From Uloborus diversus (Eukaryota), in assembly GCF_026930045.1 (NCBI RefSeq), contig NC_072740.1:29684384-29748383 (forward strand): 64,000 bases of DNA, given 5' to 3'. Every line of letters starts with the position of its first letter. Positions within the stretch are counted from its first letter, which is position 1. Under the pieces are notes generated by a model. It made no database searches, was not told the DNA's origin, and worked only from the letters and a program-made list of their open reading frames with translations. This document shows positions 1 to 12,256 of the stretch, piece by piece. A program made the translations under genes and the position numbers.

Positions 1-226
1 TTAACCCTAAACTCCAGTAGATAGCGTTCATTGTTTTCGTTTCTTCATTCCTCTGATATGACACAGTCTTACCAGTAAAACTGTTCAAGTTACCGGATCG
101 AGTTCAGCTTTGTCACAATAAAGCCTTTCCTTGCATGTTAAACATTACCAAAACATATCATGCCGTGGTGCGAATTCATTGTTGAAACACGCGGGTTACT
201 CGATCATCGGCATTATTTGTATGAGG

Positions 227-2752
227 ATAAATAAATCTATATCTATGGAGTCGAATGTATAACTATATGAATGTTACATAACGTAACTCTGTCCGATTTG
301 AACAACATTTCAGGCAAAATCCCACAACTCTCTCAACGAAAATATTAACAAGGTTTCATTTAAAAAGCTTGAATTGGTTTTTATTTATTTACATTTATAA
401 TATTCTTTTGATAACACGAAATAGAATGATATTTCCAATCTTATCCGTTTTCTAATTATCATTCCTAATCATCAATTAAAAGCTTGAACAAACTATTAAC
501 TCTTTGAGGGACGGAGGCTTCCTTTGTTGCAACCATTATATATATATATTTTCTTTCTTCAGCCAACTGACAGTGATTTCAGTTAGCTGGAAAAAAAAAA
601 AGAGAAGCAAGAAATAAATGGTGTTTGTTCTCAAGTGAAGTCGCTATTCCTAAAAAGGGTGAAAGCTGTTCGAAAAAAATTTAAATATCGGAAAAGGCGT
701 ATTTTATCATTATTTTTTTCTTTCTAACGGGGCTGTGTTAGAGGCTTTAGCCTTTTGCGGAACAAGTGCGAACAAACGATATGGCATCCAGTCATTCATA
801 TGCCACCCTTAAGGCGCGGATGTGAATGTCACAGGAAAATTTGATGCCCAGTTTCCACCAGATGGAAACACCTGAGCTCTCTTCGATGCGAAACTGCAAA
901 AGGAATTTAATTTTGTCAAGAGTATTCACAGTCAAACGACCTAAGGGATCTTTTACATGACGATTAATGGAATGTATACCTAATGAATTAAATTAAGCAT
1001 CTGTGTAATTTTATTTTAACAACATGTTGTTAATTTTAACAACAGTACATATCATATTTTACGACGCAGGTAATGATTTTTTTTCTTCAATACGATGTTA
1101 GCAAAACACTCTATTGCAAGAAATAGTAAATATCTTTAGCTTGAAGAAAATAAGTGTTTAAAAAAAAGGCAATATATAAAAGAAAAGCTCAAAAACATTT
1201 ACCTCGTATTCACCTTTTTTGTTTCTTTGCTTGTAACGCAGTAAATAGCGGTAATTTTCACCTAGTAATTTATAGTTAAATGCACATGCCTGTTTTTTGT
1301 TACATTTAATGCTACCTTCACAATTTACTAAAGATGGATGCATAGATGCTAATAATTAAATAACTCCTTAGTACAAAGCCAGTGAATAACAATCAGAAAA
1401 TGTGTTCCAATGATGCAAATACAAATATGTTTTATGGAACAACATCGAATAAGATTTTTTTTCGTCAATTAAAAACTAACTTTTTCTTTTGGGATCATAG
1501 AATCACAATTCAGTAAGATTTAAAAGTAATAATTTCTAATAAATTACTTATTACATGCCTTAATATGGCCGAACTTGTAATTTCATAAACTGATCACAGT
1601 AAAATATTCAAGTAATTTTCAATTTAATTTTTCTATACAATTTTTATACCGTAAAAAGTTTGCTACATCAACTTCAAGTTTTATTTATTCATTTATTTTA
1701 TTTATTTTACCTTCAAACACGATTTTTTTTTTGGGGGGGGGGCATTTAATATGTTCCATGATCATGCTTAAATATTGGGGGGAAAACATCAGTAAAAAAG
1801 CTACGTAATTTGTTACTCAGAAAGGAGAGAGATGTTAAAAGTAATCTAAAAGTTCAAATAAAATTTTTATCAAAAAATAAAATGAATCTGAAATGAACCA
1901 TGCCAAAAATATAAGAGTTAAAATGAAAAAAAAATAAAAATCAATAATTATTTTTCTCATCCTCAAACACACGAAATGTGTAGAATTTCTTTTTTCGCTG
2001 CTGGCTTAGAATCTAAAATTAGTTTTTAAATGGAAAAACACATTAACGCGTAAAATTGCTCGTATTATCAAGAAAACTTTAAAAGGGAGCACTACGACTT
2101 ACCTAGTTTGGGTAAACTTAATTTTCTTTTGCATACAATTTTTTGTTCAAGATATGTTTCCTATAAGTATGACGTAGATAAAAACTGCGTGCTAAAACAG
2201 AAAAGAATCGGAATTCAATTACTGATTCACCAGGAACGCACCTCACTCTGACTGTCTTTCGTACAACATGCGTCTACGAAATCCACGAAAATCCAAAAAG
2301 AAAAGAGAAAGAAATAAAGAAAACCACGCCAATGAGAATGTGGGATACGGCGGAAGTGGCAATAAATGCTTGTTTTTACTTTGCCAATGGCAATTTGATG
2401 GACCAAGGAGAGGGGCTGAATTTCAAGGTCACAGGACCCAGCTGGTTTGAAAGTCGAAAGGGACATTTCCCCGTTTCGGACGGAGTAGGTGACACAGCAA
2501 AAAACGGACGAAAATTGGGAACCTGCAGTTGTTGCACGAGGTTCTCGTGTTCTGAATTGACTCAAGCGCTGAGAAAATTGCTGATTACTGGGAATATTTA
2601 AGGGGAGAATGCTGCCTTTTATAAAATTATTGTCTTTCGGAAAATTTTTGTTGATGCGAGATGCAACAATTGAGAAAAAAGGAGAGGAGTCTTTCGGAAG
2701 GGGGGGGGGGGGGTCCGGACCCCATGGACCCACCCCTTGGCTACGTCCTTGG
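227..2752 (+). repeat. Copy 1 of a roughly 2.5-kb dispersed repeat or segmental duplication; copy 2 is at 48636-51795
   Basis: Blockwise colinear similarity, roughly 80-85% by eye, with 48636-51795 in the same orientation. Examples: 'aaatctatatctatggagtcgaatgtataact' at 228 vs 48640, 'aagcttgaacaaactattaactctttgagggacggaggcttcc' vs 48900, 'cattcacctttt...gcgcagtaaatagc' and 'tccggaccccatggaccc...ggctacgtc' at both ends. The short ORFs inside are conserved only at the DNA level and have no recognisable domain. Confidence 0.85.
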
Positions 2753-3377
2753 TTTCAATATCAGCGAACTCAAGTAGACCGCTACTGGGAGGTGCAGAGC
2801 CGTTTGGTTTCATAGACTTTTTACTGCAGCTGTTTGTTTATTTTAGTATTTATCCTCTGTGTTTGTTGTTGTTCTTTTTTTGTTTTATTTGTTCTTCAGC
2901 TGTAGTGGTGTTGTAAACTTTGCCATTGGAAATAAATAAAGTAATTAACGCCTCAAATTATTAGAAATGTTCTGCGTCAGGGTGGAGCGAAAAAACATGA
3001 AGTTCAAAGAACCACAACAGTTGTGTGTGGAACATATGTGTACCCTTACCATTTGAAAATTTCAGTACGATCCAATAATATCTTTTCGACTCTGACGGTC
3101 AAAAGATCAAAAAAGCAGGATTGCTAAAAGACTGAAATTGCACTGCTTAGAGAGTTGTGCGATATTATTCTAATGAATCAATATCTTTTTCCTCCGATGA
3201 TAATCGGCAGAAAAATTAACATTTTTGTTAAAAAATGTCATTTTCCGATCAGTGTTTTAAGAGCCTTTCAAAAATGTTATCATCAATGAGATAGTGAACA
3301 ATTTCTATTAAAAAAAAAATAATAAAATAATTTGAATTTTGTCATCTTGAATTCAAATTATGTTTTTCGCAATCACG

Positions 3378-3710
3378 AGTGTGTATATGTAAGCGTGTGT
3401 GTTTGTGTGTGGAGGGTATGTGTGTGTGTGTGTGGAGGGTATGTGTGTGTGTGTGTAGGCATGTGTGTTTGCGTCTGTGTGCAGGCATGAGTGTGTGGGT
3501 AGTTGTGTGTATGTGTGTAGGTGTGTGTGGGGTGCATGTGTGTGTAGGCATATGTGTTTGTGTCTGTGTGCAGGCGTGAGTGTGTGGGTAGTTGTGTGTA
3601 TGTGAGTGTGTAGGTGTGTGTGTATGTGTATGTGTGTAGGTGTATGTATGTGTGTGTAGGTGTATATATGTATATGTGTGTAGGTGTGTGTATGTATGCG
3701 TGTAAGTGTA
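3378..3710. repeat. GT-rich imperfect microsatellite with a roughly 90-bp higher-order repeat
   Basis: Runs of (GT)n interrupted by 'ggagggtat', 'gtaggcatgtgtgtttgcgtctgtgtgcaggcatgagtgtgtgggtagttgtgtgtatgtg', repeated twice (about 3458-3545 and 3546-3640). The six-frame ORFs 3342-3551 and 3379-3579 are translation artefacts of this repeat. Confidence 0.9.
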
Positions 3711-3892
3711 GGATATTGACGAAACCTGGAGACGGTTTTCGCTAGAGGTGCAGCATCGTGAGGACCCGGTCGACGGTGATGCTGCCGAGCGTGCTGGTGG
3801 GAAAAATCAAAGGAACGTCAAAAACAGTCAAATGAAAGCAATAAGCAATCGTGATTGCTCAAAAAAAAAAAAAAAAAAAAAAAAGAGTTATA
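3710..3892 (+). repeat. GC-rich segment ending in an A27 tract; possible 3' end of a retroposed sequence
   Basis: A 27-nt poly-A run (3866-3892) follows a unique, GC-richer 150-bp segment and a short palindrome 'gcaatcgtgattgc'. No AATAAA lies immediately upstream. Confidence 0.3.
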
Positions 3893-5656
3893 CTGAGAGT
3901 AACAGATTTTTTCAAAGCTACAATATTCTGCTTAAAACCCCTTTTTCCGAATAACAAATCAATTTTCCTTAAGATGCAAGTGAAAATAAATTTTATAATT
4001 TTAGATTGAGCCATTCAAATTCGTGCAGCTCTTCGCTACCAATTAACTTAGAACTCACTACGAGAAGGTGACTGCTCTATCAGTTCCACCCAACTTATTC
4101 TCAATTCGACCAGTCACTGCTATATACATTTAAATCTAATTTCGGTTTTTTAAGCTGGTTGCAACTCGAAAAAGTTTGATAAAAGAAGGTAATAAATTTG
4201 ACTTTAGGGTGGCATTAATGTTTCTAAAGGGACATAGTTGAGTATCAATAATGTAACATCTAGATGGTCTTCCGATTGAAAATAAGAAAAAGCAAAAATG
4301 CACTGTTTCGCAAAAATGTGAAATTTTCCGCCGATCGTCAGAGACTAAAAGTATCCCCCGGTCAGTTGAATTATGCGCACTTTTGCAGGCTTTACAATTT
4401 CCCAACCTTTACGCAACCAGCTGTTATGGACCATTGAGTTTTATGTATTTTTAGAGTATAATAAATAAATTGACTTTTTTTTCCAAATCTTATATTTTCA
4501 TCTAATCACCAGAAGCAAAATATATGAGCCCTCGATTTAACAATTGTCAAGGGACTGGAAAAAGGGATCAAGGATATCGTTAAATCGAGGAGCATAAACA
4601 TTTAATGCAACCAAATCCGCACCAGTGAAATGTATCATTAAATTGAGGAAATCGTTAAATCGGGTATCGTTAAATGGAAGCTATCTGATCGTGGTAGAAT
4701 TTTAGACTTTTCTTATTGATCGTTAGTTTTCGTTGTCTCTATGAACGACAAATGTAGAGCTGTTTCTCCAACAATAGAATCCAACGTAGACTCCCTCCCC
4801 TTCAGAACTACACCAAAACTGTGGAAGTGGTGCTGCCATATATGGAGGCCAAGTCAAACTCCTTCCCGTTTGGGTTCCTCAAATTCTGAAGAGTCGCTTC
4901 TTAGTGCTTTAATTACTCCTTCACCAAAGAAAGGGAGTCTGGATCTTTTATGTGGCATTAGCAACAATAACAGCAAGTCTTTCTGTAGTTTCAAAAAATG
5001 TCAGCTGATTAACATTTTTAATTATTTATATACTTGATTATGTGTTTTGTTTCAGACTTGCAACTAAGTCATTAATAACTGAAATTTTGATGTACTGCAC
5101 CACCTTTGACCATTAGTCAAGCATTATTTTGAACTGAAATAAATATGTAGTTCTTGCTACGTAAAATTACAGCAAAAAAATTAACCCACAAATAAAAGGT
5201 TTGCTTCACAGTATAGGTATTTAAATAGGAGCTTAGTCATTTCGATGCATTCACAATGAAAACTACTCCGAAAACTGGATCATCTTTGTTAAAACTTAAT
5301 TTACACTCAGCCTTCTAGAAATTTACAATCAAGCTCTATAAATATTGTCAATATTTGACGCAACTGCACTAAATTAGAATAACAAAAGTCGCTTTCTAAG
5401 CAACCTTGCTTATTAATCTCTGATAATCCAGTTGATCTCAAGAGTGACAATGGCTTAGTAGACGAAGAGGATTAAAACGTTTGTCTGCCTATATTTTGTG
5501 TGCTTACAGAATCACTTTCATCAGCGTTGAAATTAGCATTGGTATACTTTGCTTAGGTTCGGAAATTTATAATGCGAGCAATAATTTAAACATGGATTGC
5601 TAAGATGAATAATTTTAATTGTTTTAAAGTTAGTCGCCGAAAGTTTTGATTTTACA

Positions 5657-5657
<1 letters not shown>

Positions 5658-5717
<60 letters not shown>
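5658..5717. repeat. (TA)30 microsatellite
   Basis: Perfect TA dinucleotide run of 60 bp. Confidence 0.97.
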
Positions 5718-5720
<3 letters not shown>

Positions 5721-6264
5721 TCCCAAAACGACCACATAAACTCATAAGCTCTGCACTGCTAGATTCCTCGTTCGGAGTATATAAAAACTTCCTAAAGAAG
5801 TGCTCCTGTACGATCCATAGTTTACGAGAAAAAATACGAAAAACTAAGTATGACGTCACTGCCGGTGCTAGGAAAAACACTTGATTGAACATATCGACAG
5901 CAGTTAGTATACGCGCATTACGTATAACAACAAATACGTGTAATGACGTTTTAAACATTATCGTCTGGAAATATATGCAAATACTGTTGTAGCAGTTAGT
6001 ATACTTACATTACATATAACAACAAATACGTGTAATGACGTTTTAAGCAATATCGTCTGGAAAGATATTCAAATACTGTTGTTGATATGTCCACTAAAGT
6101 GTTTTTCCTTGCACCGGGAGAGACGTTATACTTAGTTTTTCGTATTTTTCTTATAAACTATCAGTTTACAAGAACAGGAACGCGCGCTTCTTAGGGCAAT
6201 TTTTATATACTCCCGACGAGGAATCTAGCTGTGCAGAGTTTATGCGGTCGTTTTGAAACACCCT
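5718..6264. mobile_element. Foldback or MITE-like element: roughly 185-bp inverted arms flanking two 92-bp tandem units
   Basis: Left arm 5718-5900 'gtgtcccaaaacgaccacataaactc...catatcgacagcag' is the reverse complement of the right arm 6084-6264 '...gtttatgcggtcgttttgaaacaccc' at about 80% identity. The centre holds two direct 92-bp units (5901-5992, 5993-6084: 'cagttagtatac...caaatactgttgt'). The element lies between (TA)30 on the left and 'tatatatat' on the right. Confidence 0.75.
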
Positions 6265-6794
6265 GTATATATATTACGGTAGAATTTTATTTTCATTAGA
6301 TATTTTATAAAACACTTTTTTGCGTACAATATATATATTGTATATTGAATTAAAAAATGTAAACTGCTTTGGGTAATATTACTTAATGTACCTTTTCTTA
6401 AGGGCTTGTTTAATTTCTGTTTCTGCCACCATGACCTACTGATAAATGTGCTTCATGAATTGCGGTGAACATTGAACATTTCTTCACAATACACGTAAAA
6501 TCTAATATTGTAGCTGACTGATTTATGGGATAGATTAGTTTTTAAACATTGACAAAACTGTCATTACGTCATATCTTTATAGTCTACGATACCCTTCGGA
6601 ATTTTTTCTACTATTTTTTTCAGCTAATTTTGATTTTACTATAATTCACTTTTATTAACGAATCGTCATAGTTTTCTTTCGTCAACAAAGACCTGTGTAC
6701 TATATTTTTTGAGTTCATAACAGTTACTAAAACTTGAAATTGAAACGCTGAAGCATATCAGCCATTATTAAAAACTCTATGAAAGCTATCAAGG

Positions 6795-7140
6795 GTGCCC
6801 CCACCAAGTTCAATGGCGCGAATTCCCCCTTTCACCCAAATTTTCCTCAACCCTCTTTTCCTTTTTTTATTTTTTAGATCGCTTTTTTATTGTATATATG
6901 TTTTAAACATTTTCGATCTATTTATTTATTTTTATTTATTTATTATTATTATTATTTTACTTGGAAAAGTTCTGTGCTACGACAATGACATACACACACA
7001 TGCTAAGTAAATAAATGAAGTAAAATACAAACAGAATAAAATAAAATAAATAATTTAAATTAAAAATAAATCAATAAATAAACTCAAATAAAAAATAAAA
7101 AAAATAAAAAATCCCCCCTCCTGTGGGCACCTCTGAAAGC
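6795..7140. repeat. AT-rich palindromic element with short GC-rich terminal inverted repeats
   Basis: 'agggtgcccccacc' (6795) pairs with 'cctgtgggcacctct' (7118) as inverted termini. Internally a T-rich half (tttatttatt...) mirrors an A-rich half (aaataaaataaa...) around about 6990. Confidence 0.4.
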
Positions 7141-7728
7141 GATAAAGCAAACATCCCGAAAAAAAGGTCTTGCCAGCATATCAGTAATACAGTAGAACCT
7201 CATTAAACTACAAATAGGGGTTTCAGGTAGTACGAATTAATTAAAGTACGGTTTAAACAAAATAACCCCAAAAATTGAGCCAAGGTACATAAACTACTGT
7301 ACGCAGTAAAAATTGCGTTTGAATTTAACAGAATAAAAAATAAAACTAAACAGAATTTTTTTTTAATGCATTACGAAAAAAAAAAGGAGGAAAAAATATG
7401 GCATAAAAAGATTTGTTATTACGCTAAAGTGCATTTTATTTATATAGTGTACATTTGAATGGCGATCCGGATTAATCAAAATCCAGTTTAATAGGGCTTG
7501 GATTAGTGAGGAGTTAAAGTATTGAATTGAAATTAAAATCCTACTAACACATGATCTATAAATGCCCAGACGCAGACAAGTGCATCCGACAAAAATCCTC
7601 GTCACGTAGAGATACTAGACATCATAAAAAAAAGCCAAGTAGCTGAGCAAACTGATAAAAATTTGGCTAAGTTTCGACAGTTATTACATTCCCTATTCCT
7701 ATTACGAGTCGGGGATTGTATAAATTTA

Positions 7729-7838
7729 CCGGTAAATGTGATAAATATGCTAAATATTCAATAATTTATCACAGCTACCAATTTTAGTGAGGATTGTGAA
7801 CAATCACCGGATTTATCACATTTACCGTAACATATACA
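7729..7838. repeat. About 110-bp hairpin: inverted arms of roughly 19 bp, 'accggtaaatgtgataaat' / 'atttatcacatttaccgt'
   Basis: Arms at about 7729-7748 and 7813-7833, separated by about 65 bp. Sits immediately 5' of the hAT-like MITE. Confidence 0.6.
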
Positions 7839-8380
7839 CAGTGGCGCAGTCAGAAACCTTTTCTGGGAGGGGTTTTCCAGATTGGAAGTTGTTGTTTTCT
7901 TTCGCATTCATTTATAATGAAAAAAAATATTCAATATCATTTAAAAAACGAAAATCCATGAATTAGTAATAATTCATTTATAACACTCGCTTAAAAATAA
8001 TTAATAATTCGTATTGATATCACTATGACTTTAAAACGAAGAAAGTGGGAAAAAGCACAGTATATATTAATCATTAGTTTTACTTTAATCTTATATTAAT
8101 TTTTTGTGGTTTTTGATTATTTAAAACCTTCTCTTCAAACACCAATATCTTTAAGAATGTCAAGTGGTAGAGGTGTGCTCATCATGAAATATTATTTGGT
8201 ATTTGTTGACTGCTTCCCGATTATTAAAAGCAGTAAGCAATCTTGTTGAAACCAATCTCGCTTGGAAAAGTCTAAGTACTGCTTTTTCGTTGATTTGTAC
8301 GGGCCGGGGGGGGGGGGGGGGGGGATAATGTGTGTGGGAGGGGTTTTAACCCAAAAACCCCTCCCATGGCTGCGCCACTG
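7839..8380. mobile_element. Non-autonomous hAT-like MITE (542 bp) with a perfect 8-bp target-site duplication
   Basis: Termini 'CAGTGGCGCAGTCAGAAACC...' (7839) and '...CTGCGCCACTG' (8380) are inverted; the CAGNG terminus is typical of hAT. Identical 8-mers CATATACA flank both ends (7831-7838 and 8381-8388). It also has a subterminal 'gggaggggtttt' on each side, a perfect hairpin 'gggaggggttttaacccaaaaacccctccc' at 8344-8373, and contains a G19 tract at 8306-8324. No transposase ORF. Confidence 0.7.
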
Positions 8381-11300
8381 CATATACACTATATATGACC
8401 AAAAGCATTGGGAAATTTTCAAAAATTCACATTTTAAAGAATTTCTCAAGAAATTAAAGACCAATTGCTTTGTAGCTTTCGTCACGTAGAAGATATGCTC
8501 CAGATGTCATTTTGCAATGAAAGTTACATTGCTCTTGCGTTTAGGGGATCAGTAACAAATTGAGGAAAACAAAAATTGTTTTTGATCATCATTCATCTTA
8601 AAAAGCTGAAAATAAGCTGAAAATTTCAGAAATAAGTTAACTTACTATGTACAATTATTTCTCATATTTTTGAGCAAGTATCACTGATATTCACGAAGAT
8701 ATGAGCATTTCTTTCAAAACTACGAATTTTATTTGAAGGTTTTTTGCTCATAACACGCAAAGTTTTTCATCAAAGCTTACCAAACTTTCAGAAAACTTGA
8801 CAGTATACAAGAAAAGGGTAATACTAAAATTTGAATATAAAATGTTGAGAATTTAATAAAATATAGACATTTATAGAAATTAATTTTTCACTGCGCATGC
8901 GCGAAAAATAGATATTTATAACTTTCAATCTAAAACCAAGACAGATTCTTCAACTCATAATAAATTCCAGTTCAAAATCTCAACAATTCAGAAAGTTATC
9001 AGCGATCTAACGAGCAGAAGTTCAATAATTCTTGGATAGGCGAAGAGTCGTGAGGGATTGTTTGTAAGTTAGAAACATTTGCTTGCAATCCTTCAGTCTG
9101 ATTCATGATAAAAACAGATTATTTACAGAAACCTAGTTGGAAAGTGGTCAACTGTTTAAAAATGTTCTTAACAATCTGTGTCAGAACATGCCAATAGTGA
9201 TAAAAAAAGTTTCCATTTTACTTCTCTGCCTTTTTCCATTCTGAAATTTTAACATTGCTTCTTTCCAATAATAATCGATCATTAGAAATGAAGCGAGACG
9301 GAAAAGAAATTAAATAAACATCATTATAAAAAATAAATGGAAATTTCACTGAAATTTATCTTTCATATTTTATTCCCTTTCGAAACACATGTTTTTGCAA
9401 CAATTACTTCAGTTTCGAAACCGTATATTGCACAATAGTTACTCATATTTCTAACAGATGGCGCTACAGCCTCGAATATAAGTTGAGTTCTTTTCCCAAA
9501 CGAAAATCGAAATAACCTCCGAAACTAAAATTTCTATGAAGTCATGAAAATGAAACGACTTGTATTTACTAGTGTTGGATTCCACAGGGGCCAAGACATT
9601 CTTAAGGGGCATAGGGGGATGACGAGTAGTTAAAAGTCAAAATAATATTATCGGCGAATATCGAAATTGAAAACAGAACGAAACCGATTGTTCAGAGTTC
9701 AGGCAAAGAATTACAAGTTTTAAAGAAACAAATTTAAGTTCAGGAGCTTCCTCTTCAGACCTTGGTTGAACCACAAAGAAGCATTTCAGCATTCAACGCC
9801 AAGTTTATAAATTCTCAAATAATTTTTTTTTTAAAACTGTAGTGTCAGTTTGTATCTTTGATTCCCGAAGTTTCAATTAAAAAAAAAAAAAAAAAACTTC
9901 TGTTTTTGAAAAGTACTTTAATGAATTACAAGAAAGTGTGTTTTCTATTTTTGGAGCTGAAGAAATAGAACAATGACGAATGTTTCCATTCATATGAGCA
10001 TTCGACACTATTCTAAGGCTTAAGTGTTTCACGAATTGGTTTTTTGAACCATTTCCAATTTTTAAGTGTTCTTACACCATATTGCATTTCATAAACATTC
10101 AAGTTCCCATTCCAAATCAATAGCTGGTGGTACTGGATCAGGGGTTGCTCGGCTCATGCTCTGGATTGAAAAATAAAACTCATTAGGGCCAAATCAACTA
10201 GTTATACCACACGCAGTGATAGGTACGAGGGACCCTGAGGTGTAGTGTGACTCAATTACGTCCCTTTAACATTGTCGTGACTTTCATTCATATAAGATGT
10301 GACTGAACGAAATTTTGATTTTTTTAAACAATTAATCTACGTCACCATATTGTTTCCAATCAATATTTACACCAATCAGGTGTTTCAGAACAAACTTTTC
10401 AACTGTCCTGCTATCTAATCCACCTACAATCTCTTTTTCTCAAATGCAACAATTTAAAAACGATGCAATCAGAAATGGTTTTAAATTTGTGTTCTAATAT
10501 CAAAATTACACTGACGCTAGAAAAGTCATAGGATGCCTCCCAATACCGGGCTGTACGTTATTTTGTTTTACTTAATGACTTAATCTATGACTATCACGCC
10601 GCAAAATGATTTAAAACGATTCCCTATCAATCAGGTTGCAAATCGCTGCCCAAAATCAGCCCAATCGATGTTTTTTTACCAACCAACATGAACAGCATTA
10701 TTATAATATATTGCTAAATCAAATCATATTCTTGATTGTGCAAGTACATGGCGAAAAAGCGAAAAACCACATGAATTCAATAGGAATTTGAACGATAAAT
10801 TAAATATAAAATAAAGCAAGATCGATTTACTTCAAAACCAGCTCAATCCAAGTTACTTTTATTTGTTATAATGCTGCTATATTCGACTGCATGCTTACTT
10901 GAAGATGGAGAAATAAGCTGAGGCCAAGCGAAGGAAATAGTTCCTAGCGCCCCTTGTCCGATATTCGGGTGAAATTACGCTCTTCACTTTAGAAATCGGA
11001 TTAGTTAGTTAAACCCATGCATATGTAATTTTTTTTGTCACAATTTCTGTCAATCGTTAAGTATTTTCAGTTTTACGAGCGAAGCAGCGCGGAGCATTGC
11101 ACCCATTTGAATCAAACGCGCCAGCCAGCGTTCATAAACAGGTGGCGATCTCCTCTTATTCGCGAAGTAGGTAGGGTGTTAGCTAGTAAGAGTGAAGTTT
11201 TTATCTGTTAACTCGGTTTTTCTTTCGCGCGTAGTGACGTCCCTGCATATTGACTTTGCAAACAAGTATATTTTAAAAAAGAAATAAAAAATGAAGTTGG

Positions 11301-11645
11301 TTTGCAAACGTTTTTCAAACTAAAAAAAAAGAAAACCATTTGAAAAATTAAGCATGCAGAGCGTGAATTTCTTTTTTTAAAATCCCACCTATAAAATTTT
11401 GACAAATGGATTGATCTGGTTTTGATACTAAACTCTTCGTAAGCAATATAAAAAAAATATTATTTTTCTGAGTTGGCGAGTTGCTAAAATTGCCAGTGCT
11501 ATGTTTGCTTATTAATTTGAAATTATTTGTTTCAAAGATCTTTGCTACAATATTTATTAATCGCTTGGCAGCGCACGCGCGCTACTATTGCTTCAGTAGA
11601 ATTTTTCTTTAAATGCGAATGTAAATTTGTGTTTCCAAAAGTAGT

Positions 11646-12256
11646 TACAGTGTAAAAAAATTCCGAAACGTTACTGAGTATTTCCGTGTAACGTTTCGGG
11701 ATTTCTGTGGTTTTTATGCACTTCCTGGAAAAGTCAAGTATCCTTGACAAAAAGTTTCCTGGATTGCTACAGATCTAGCGAATGCAGACTTCTAGCTATT
11801 ATAAAAAACATTTTTAGCTCCCAGTTTAAAGATTAAATGAGCGTTTTTATAAAGTGTATCCGCTTTAGTTCAAGTGCGGCCCGTCCAGACTGATAAGGCG
11901 TCCAAAGGGTGCAAATCTGTCTATGGACTACGTAGCTTTGCAAGAATTGCAGGCGAGAAAAATTCTTGATACTTACTTGCAGTTCTGTCTTAGCTTTGGC
12001 CATGAATGAAATACTGCTTTTGGAACTTTCCCCGAAACGCAGTAAGATGTTTATTCTAAGATTCCAGAGATACGACTGGCTTTAAACGGGAAGAGTTCTG
12101 AATATTTTAGGGAGCTTCCAGGATAATTTCAGTAAGGTTACTGAATTTCAGCGGAAAACGTTCCTGGTTTTTCTAAGATATGTTACTGGAAGAAATTGGG
12201 CACATCAGATGCCCATTATTTTCCAGGAACGTTTCTGAATCGTTTTTACAGTGTAG
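11646..12256 (+). mobile_element. MITE-like non-autonomous TIR element, copy 1 (about 610 bp)
   Basis: Colinear with 18548-19199. For example, 'tacagtgtaaaaaaattccgaaacgttactgagtatttccgtg...ttcggg' matches 'tacactgtaaaaaaatctgtaaggttactggttatttccgtgg...ttcggg', and '...ggaaaacgttcctggttttt...attattttccaggaacgtttct...tttttacagtgtag' is shared. The termini 'TACAsTGTAAAAA' / 'TTTTTACAGTGTA' are inverted. Confidence 0.75.

Noticed and set aside
1-20. The window begins 'ttaaccctaaac', and 'ctaaaccctaaaac' occurs at 51975. This could be read as telomeric CCCTAA repeats or a piggyBac TTAA...CCC terminus.
   Set aside because: Only one or two repeat units are present, with no tandem array and no matching inverted terminus. 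This is too short to call either a telomere or a TE end.
2227-2815. Overlapping ORFs of 60-168 aa (for example 2227-2733 minus, 2332-2601 plus), and their counterparts at 51328-51937.
   Set aside because: They are conserved between the two repeat copies only at the nucleotide level. There are overlapping frames on both strands, a G14 tract inside, and no recognisable protein family, so they are most likely non-coding repeat sequence.
3342-3579. Six-frame ORFs rich in H/T or C/V (3342-3551, 3379-3579).
   Set aside because: They are translations of the GT-rich microsatellite and not coding sequence.
5533-5958. A 141-aa ORF on the minus strand.
   Set aside because: It spans the (TA)30 run, translated as 'IYIYIY...', and a foldback arm. 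It is low-complexity with no domain.
10880-11240. A relatively GC-rich stretch with 'tgacgtc' and 'gcgcgc' motifs that could be a promoter or CpG island of a flanking gene.
   Set aside because: There is no downstream ORF or exon structure to support a gene, and the composition alone is insufficient.
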